A stretch of 32,919 bases of DNA from Alloprevotella sp. Lineage in GTDB: Bacteria; Bacteroidota; Bacteroidia; Bacteroidales; Bacteroidaceae. Positions 28,501-32,919 of this stretch are shown piece by piece; position 1 is the first letter of the stretch, and every line of letters starts with the position of its first letter. The notes beneath the pieces are model-generated. The model worked only from the letters and a program-made list of their open reading frames with translations. It searched no databases and was not told where the DNA came from. The position numbers and the translations under genes were made by a program. The stretch covers positions 1 to 32,919 of the forward strand of contig JABZGM010000001.1 in assembly GCA_015259235.1 (NCBI GenBank). The letters are read 5' to 3'.

Positions 28501-28909
28501 GGATGTCTTGCATCTTCACGGCAGAAGCTGCGCCCGTGTAGATGCGATTGCGCACCTTCTGATAACCAGTCACCACCACTTCATCCAAACTTCTATTGTC
28601 GGCTTTGAGCACAATGTCGCGAGTTTGTTCGCCATTGAGCGTGATGCGCTGTGAGAGCATGCCCAAATGCGACACGAGCAACGTCACCCTTCCACCTGCT
28701 TTGCCCAAACGGATGTGGTAGCGTCCTTCTGCATCGGTGAGGGCGCGCAACTTCGTGCCCACCACTTGGACATGCGCACCTTGCAATGCCACACCATCGG
28801 CATCACGCACCATGCCCGAGAGGGTATGTTCCACTTGAGCCTGCGCAGAAAGGGCTGCGACGGACACAACAGTACTGAAAAGTAAGCGAGAAGAAAAGAC
28901 GTTTGACAT
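25526..28909 (-). CDS. susC: SusC/RagA family TonB-dependent transporter (possible IcsC counterpart)
   Basis: ATG at 28909 gives signal peptide MSNVFSSRLLF...AQA; LDEVVVTGY, PLWVIDG, LKDASATSVYGARALNGVIVVTTK; terminal Phe. Confidence 0.95.
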   Translation of the reverse strand: MSNVFSSRLLFSTVVSVAALSAQAQVEHTLSGMVRDADGVALQGAHVQVVGTKLRALTDAEGRYHIRLGKAGGRVTLLVSHLGMLSQRITLNGEQTRDIVLKADNRSLDEVVVTGYQKVRNRIYTGAASAVKMQDIRLEGVADVSKMLEGRVAGLNLQTISGTFGAAPRINIRGGASILGNVQPLWVIDGAVYEDLVHLSLDQLASGDAVTLIGSAIAGLNPADIQDIQVLKDASATSVYGARALNGVIVVTTKQGQRETPLKVNYSTENSVRLRPNYGQYDLLNSQETMALYQEMEEKGYFDANSSRYGRRSGIFGQWYDAVGTYDLAKGSFLQPNTPEARAAFLQRGEMANTDWFRQLFTLAPTTQHSISLSGGGKNTATYVSVGFYHDGGWTLPEKVNRLTAHLKNTFYISPKFTATLTAQGSLRGQSAPGTLPQRKNHAQGVFERDFDINPFSYALGTSRTLSPYNPDGTLSFYRNNWAPFNILHEYANNKMDIDVVDFKLQAEADYKLREDLSVKALVSARQAHTSTSHRVDAQSNLMAAMRANETPEVARENIYLVRDKDHPELLPQVGVPQGGLLNQNEAALHSWLARIAVDYEKSFGQHDVKGFAFAEARHALRTSTPFSGYGIQYDRGNQVYHTPLIFQKLADEGESYFGRREQIDRGVTFSLNGTYGFAGKYVVNGVLNYESANTSGQRNGSLWLPTWNIGAKWNVDREEFLRAYPTISKLALRLSYGLTAKMNEAAVNASAVYRNALTPRQHLADRENQLDILHLENRDLTWEKMVEWNAGLELGLWDNRISATLDFYARNSYDLIDLVATSGVGGQYYKYANFGDMRTQGVELGLHTVNVKTSDFKWSTSLTFSAMHQEVTRLLNAPTAFDMVAGRGRGNIVGFPRGSLFSFNYDGLDINGLPTFHFGRYPTNSGEYSHIAGADFSDTQYNKTYLRYHGPIEPQITGGLSNTLSWKQWELSVFFTMQAGNKIRLNPTFDPSFADLNVFSTRYRDRWLNPGDELRTDVPVLPSQALIEQVGRENIERAYNTYNYSQEMVADGSFVRLKNVALAYRLSESVTKKLSFSSATVRLNVTNPLLIYADPRLHGQDPEYYRSGGVALPTPRQVTLSLSLGF

Positions 28910-28947
28910 TAGTCGTTGAGAAGTGAGAAGTTGGAAGTGAAAAGTTG
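28895..28947. repeat. Degenerate heptamer array at the susC start
   Basis: AAAGACG TTTGACA TTAGTCG followed by GAAGTGA GAAGTTG GAAGTGA AAAGTTG. Confidence 0.65.
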
Positions 28948-29041
28948 AGAGAGGGAGATAGGAACTAAGATGCGGAGGGCATGTCTTACGGGGCACAACC
29001 TCAAAGTATCACAAGATGTTTGCTCGAAGACCGACTGAGGA

Positions 29042-31342
29042 TTAAAGTCTTACATCAACACCGAAATACACACCTAAGGGGTGTCCTGCGCGGAGTCCTG
29101 AGGGATGACGCGAGGCAAGATAGCGTGCATTGAGGAGATTGATGCCATTAAGACTGAGCATCACGCTTTTGCTTATCCGGTATTTTGCAGAAGCATCTAC
29201 AATGTAGTGAGCAGGGATGCGCTCGCGCTGTGCTATTTTGCCTTGTCCGGGGATGGTGCGCATATCGCCGTTGTAACGAATGCCGAAGTTGAGTTCCCAA
29301 CTTGGAAGTTGCACCCCGAAATTGGCGTTGGCAGCGTGGCGGAAGATATAAGGTATCTCATCGCCGGCATGCACAAAGCCCCAAGCTCCGCTGGAAAACT
29401 CATTGTCCATGCGGGTATGGGTATAGGTGTAGGAGAGTTGGAGCGGGAATTGTGCTTTTCCCCAGCGAGGTTGTGCTTGCGCCATAAATTCCAAACCACC
29501 CACGGTGGCTTTACCCACGTTGAACTGTTCCAATGTTCCTTGTCCACCAGCTGCCAAGAGGTCGCTACCGAGCATGTGGTCGTAGCGGTTGTAGAATCCG
29601 ATGGCTTCTACCTTGCAGTGCTGCGTAGTCCAGCGCAGCCCACTCTCAAGGTTGGTGCTGTGTTCGGCTTCTTGCAGCCACACTGCTCCTGGAGGGGCAA
29701 AACCGCGGTGCGCTCCTCCGATGAGAGAGAGCGAGGGGAGGAGTTTGAGATTAAGACCAACGCCAGGCAACCACGCGTGCGCGCTGTTGGGTGTCTCTTG
29801 GCGCACCTTGCCGCTGCGACGAGGATCGACCTTTGTATAGTTCTTTTTCAACAAAGACACGGCTTCGTAGCGCGCACCTGCCGTGAGCGTCAAAGGTCCT
29901 CTCACCCATTTCAGCAACGAATAGCCCGACCAAGCGCGAGCTGTGGTGAGTGCATTCGACTGACTGCCGGGTAATCCGGCTAAGAAGAGCGACATGTGCT
30001 GATTGACCATGCTATAGCCATCGTCTTGTTGGAAGCGTGCTTCGTCATCTTCGTGGTAGCGGATGCCTATTTCTCCCGAAAGGACACCTTCCCACAAAGG
30101 CATTTTCCACTCTCCCTTGGTTTGAACACCACGCGAATGATACAAACGATGGTTGGCGCGTAGCATCATTGCTTCGCCATCATAAGACTTTGCACCTTGC
30201 ACCAGCGCAAAGGCTTCGCTCAACATCTCAGGCTCTGCCAGAACATCTCCGATGCTATGTTTCTGCCCCGACCACACTCCCGTGCGCACATCGTTGAGTT
30301 TATACCAATTTCTGAAAAAGCGGTTGTAATAAAGTTGCGTGGTGACCTTCCAACGATAGCCCCCATCGAGCACATAAGTGGCAGACCACTGCTGGTGTCG
30401 CGTGGTGAGGTCGTCGCGTTGTGCCGCTGGATAGCGCAAATAAGGGGAGCGCGCAAAGTCAGCCTCAGAGAGTCCGAGATAAGTTTCGTCTGAATGCTCC
30501 TGCGCATAACCAAATTTGAAGGTGAAACGATGGTTCACGCCCTCTTCGTTTGCTGTTTGCAAGAGGAATTTCGCATTAAGGTCGTGACGACGGAAGCCCA
30601 TTTCTTCGTGGCCTTGCGCGTGGCGAAAACCATTACTGCGATAGTGAAGATATTCCACCAGCCAACCGCCATATTTTCCGCCATTGCCCACAAGAGCGTA
30701 AGCCTTACCGGTGGCAAAGCTACCGAAAGAGGCATTGAGACGTGCGGTAAATTTCTTAGGGATGGGGGTAGACACTAAGTTGATGGCACCACCTGTGGTG
30801 AAAGGACCATACTGCACTTGGCTACTTCCCTTCAACACTTCGATGGCATACATGCGCGCCACGTTGGGGAAATAGTAAGCGGCAGGCGAAGCATAGGGAG
30901 CAGGCGCAATGGGGATGCCGTCTTCCATGAGCGAAATGCGCTCACTTCGCTCGGCTTTCGTACCACGCAAACTGATGTTGGGGCGCAAACCATAGCCGTC
31001 TTCTTCATAGACATTGACACCGGGCACACTTTTGAGTAAGCGGTTGATATCGGTGTAGCCCATGCGCTGAATTTCTTGCGGAGAAATATAGTAAGCCGAC
31101 CCCGTGCGATTGCGGGCTTCAAATTTACTACCCAGCATTTGTCCAGCACTCACCACTACTTCCGATATTTTCTGCTCTCTCGCACTGGTGAGCGTTGAGT
31201 CTGAAGTAGCAGTCGTTGCGATGCGCGTGGTGTCACTGGGCTGGTTTGGCACAGGCACAAACGCAGCATGAGCAGCACTCGTCAAAGGTAGCGCGCTGCC
31301 CATCCATAGCCAAAAGGAAAACTTATGAGAAAAGGGTGTCAT
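29042..31342 (-). CDS. FecA-like TonB-dependent iron receptor (possible IcsA counterpart)
   Basis: EVVVSA box; plug VPGVNVYEEDGYGLRPNISLRG...ERISLMEDGIPIAPAPY...YYFP; IEVLKGSSQVQYGP.TTGGAINLVS, the Bacteroidota FecA-like pattern. ATG at 31342 preferred. Confidence 0.88.
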   Translation of the reverse strand: MTPFSHKFSFWLWMGSALPLTSAAHAAFVPVPNQPSDTTRIATTATSDSTLTSAREQKISEVVVSAGQMLGSKFEARNRTGSAYYISPQEIQRMGYTDINRLLKSVPGVNVYEEDGYGLRPNISLRGTKAERSERISLMEDGIPIAPAPYASPAAYYFPNVARMYAIEVLKGSSQVQYGPFTTGGAINLVSTPIPKKFTARLNASFGSFATGKAYALVGNGGKYGGWLVEYLHYRSNGFRHAQGHEEMGFRRHDLNAKFLLQTANEEGVNHRFTFKFGYAQEHSDETYLGLSEADFARSPYLRYPAAQRDDLTTRHQQWSATYVLDGGYRWKVTTQLYYNRFFRNWYKLNDVRTGVWSGQKHSIGDVLAEPEMLSEAFALVQGAKSYDGEAMMLRANHRLYHSRGVQTKGEWKMPLWEGVLSGEIGIRYHEDDEARFQQDDGYSMVNQHMSLFLAGLPGSQSNALTTARAWSGYSLLKWVRGPLTLTAGARYEAVSLLKKNYTKVDPRRSGKVRQETPNSAHAWLPGVGLNLKLLPSLSLIGGAHRGFAPPGAVWLQEAEHSTNLESGLRWTTQHCKVEAIGFYNRYDHMLGSDLLAAGGQGTLEQFNVGKATVGGLEFMAQAQPRWGKAQFPLQLSYTYTHTRMDNEFSSGAWGFVHAGDEIPYIFRHAANANFGVQLPSWELNFGIRYNGDMRTIPGQGKIAQRERIPAHYIVDASAKYRISKSVMLSLNGINLLNARYLASRHPSGLRAGHPLGVYFGVDVRL

Positions 31343-31468
31343 AGATGCGTGGCGGTTTATCCGCAATCAATGCGTACCAACCGTTCTTGCCATTGTTTTT
31401 TTTACGGAAATGCGGGGGAATGTTTTGCGTATGGATATATCGCAGAAGAACATTCTTATTATGCCATG

Positions 31469-31500
31469 CAAAAGTACGACTTTTTGCAGTTTTCCACAAT
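31469..31500 (-). promoter_or_regulatory. Bacteroidota promoter for the - strand uptake cluster
   Basis: - strand TACTTTTG (31476-31469) with ATTG 20 bp upstream, just downstream of a terminator. Confidence 0.65.
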
Positions 31501-31595
31501 CACTATATCTAGGTATTTTGGTGAGTAACAATATCCTTTCAGTTGTTAATCTGTCATCTCTACTAGCCATTTCCCATGACTTTCACACTAAATCC

Positions 31596-31629
31596 AAAAA
31601 TCGCCCTACTATCTGCGGTAGTAGGGCGA
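31596..31629 (-). terminator. Rho-independent terminator after the 187-aa lipoprotein
   Basis: 11-bp stem TCGCCCTACTA / TAGTAGGGCGA; AAAAA at 31596-31600 gives a U tract on the - strand. Confidence 0.8.
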
Positions 31630-31671
31630 ATATGATTTCTCTGCTTACAGAGCATCGGGCGGAAAGCTCCT

Positions 31672-32235
31672 TTATTTTTTGGCGTAAGTATAGCGAAGGG
31701 TGTAGGTAGTAGGGGCTTTTTCACCAGCCGCTTGGAGTTGCAAGGTAGCACTCACCGTGGCATATTGCTTTGGCGCAAAGCCACACTCGAGCAAAAGGGA
31801 AGTTTTGGGACGCTCCGCGGTCAAAGTGCCCTGACGAGTCTCAGTAGCCTTGGTCATTGGTGCACATTCGGGAGCCACACCACACCAAGTGAAACGCGCA
31901 AAATCGGTGGTCGTCACCGTAGCAGTGTAGTTGAGCGGAAGTTTCGTGGCTTCGGCTTTGTGGTCTCCAGTAGCATTCAGCACAATGACAGGAGAAGGAG
32001 AAGAGAAATCAGGATGATCATCACCAGCTTTCACCTCTATTTCACCAGGTGCATAGTCAAAGACGCGCTCGGTCGCTGCAATGTCAATGGTACTGCCACT
32101 GGGATATACTTTGCCTTGATAGGAAAGAGCGAGTTGGGGTTGCGCCTTTTCGGGTTGAGGAACGGGCTTTTCTTCATTGTCACCACAAGCCACCAAGGCG
32201 AAAAGGCTCAAAAGAGCAATAAGGATTTTGTTCAT
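31672..32235 (-). CDS. Hypothetical lipoprotein
   Basis: Classic signal MNKILIALLSLFALVAC-GDNEEK; internal WCG....C pair. Confidence 0.8.
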   Translation of the reverse strand: MNKILIALLSLFALVACGDNEEKPVPQPEKAQPQLALSYQGKVYPSGSTIDIAATERVFDYAPGEIEVKAGDDHPDFSSPSPVIVLNATGDHKAEATKLPLNYTATVTTTDFARFTWCGVAPECAPMTKATETRQGTLTAERPKTSLLLECGFAPKQYATVSATLQLQAAGEKAPTTYTLRYTYAKK

Positions 32236-32332
32236 AAGATGAGAGTAGGCACAGCCTTTTTTTTGCGTAGCCTCAGACGATGTGTCACGGAACTACGAAG
32301 TTAAACATGATATATCTTTGAATGTAGCTAGG

Positions 32333-32919
32333 TTATTCGGGGGTATCGGACAGTACTTTGATGGTTTGCACTTCCAACACGCGACCTGTGGGGCGATGCA
32401 CCACGAAGCCTACGAGATGGAGTCGCTCGGGCTGCACCAGAAGCTGGGGGTATTTGGCTTGCAACCTGGGGGCATTCGCCAAAAGTCCATAAGCGGTGGG
32501 CAGAGTGACGGTGTGTTGCCACGAAGTCTGGGAGTTGGTATGATGTGCCACTGCTACCCCTTGTCGAGGAGTAAGGATTTGTCGCAACACATGGTGATGC
32601 ACATAGTCGAGCGTGCGACGACCATTGGAGAGGTATTGCAAGGAGGGGATACCGTCTTCCACGAGAAAGAGGGAGAAAACGCAATCTTCTAGCAATGCAC
32701 TCGCAACTACATCGGTAGTCAACCGACGAGTGGTGGCATCATAATGGGAAGTGAGTCTGATTTTAGCCTCGGAGGGTTGGGACAACTGTTGTGCCACACT
32801 CGCACTCCACGAGGGAGGAAGCGACAACGCGCCTCCATCGACACTGCCCATGGGCCATCCGGTCACGCCCGCCTGCTGAGGGAGCCATTCGCTATCAGAG
32901 TTTGCCAAGCCTAAAACGC
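32333..32919 (-). CDS. Omp28-related outer-membrane protein (5' end outside window)
   Basis: LFLVEDGIPSLQ...DYVHHHVLR...LHLVGFV...VLEV resembles the Omp28 C-terminal domain; the frame is open to the window edge. Confidence 0.75.
   Translation of the reverse strand, partial: VLGLANSDSEWLPQQAGVTGWPMGSVDGGALSLPPSWSASVAQQLSQPSEAKIRLTSHYDATTRRLTTDVVASALLEDCVFSLFLVEDGIPSLQYLSNGRRTLDYVHHHVLRQILTPRQGVAVAHHTNSQTSWQHTVTLPTAYGLLANAPRLQAKYPQLLVQPERLHLVGFVVHRPTGRVLEVQTIKVLSDTPE

Noticed and set aside
13910..31342. Functional coupling of ahpCF with the neighbouring iron-uptake-like cluster
   Set aside because: Plausible through Fenton chemistry, but the units are convergent, separately promoted and separated by a terminator; adjacency alone is not evidence.
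31477..31600. Fur box upstream of the FecA-like gene
   Set aside because: The region is AT-rich, but I see no convincing dyad, so iron regulation cannot be supported from the sequence alone.

Overview
Chromosomal window from a Prevotellaceae member (Prevotella/Alloprevotella-like, inferred from TAnnTTTG promoters, SusC/SusD pairs, lipoproteins with acidic export signals and a Prevotella-type T9SS tail). Left to right: (i) the 3' part of an Mfa1-family type V pilin with a 9x TPGGGG(T/N/D) linker; (ii) a + strand operon SusC-SusD-HExxH zinc metallopeptidase lipoprotein-DUF4302-like lipoprotein-BACON lipoprotein; (iii) a ~1 kb intergenic region holding three distinct repeat families; (iv) metG and ahpC-ahpF with an OxyR-type box; (v) a BspA-like LRR protein; (vi) a ~14 kb - strand cluster (FecA-like TonB receptor, SusC, SusD, degenerate metallopeptidase, DUF4302-like, small lipoprotein, DUF4856-like, CBM/FN3 protein, Ig-like lipoprotein) that resembles the Capnocytophaga ICS iron-capture system; (vii) a lipoprotein and a truncated Omp28-related gene. 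Most notable points: the two Sus loci share a paralogous four-gene core, with an intact peptidase motif (HEFTH) in one and a degenerate one (HQLSR) in the other. In addition, four start codons in the - strand cluster lie inside dispersed intergenic repeat modules, including a 55-bp direct repeat that brackets one gene like a cassette. All family calls come from reading motifs by eye; no database search was run.
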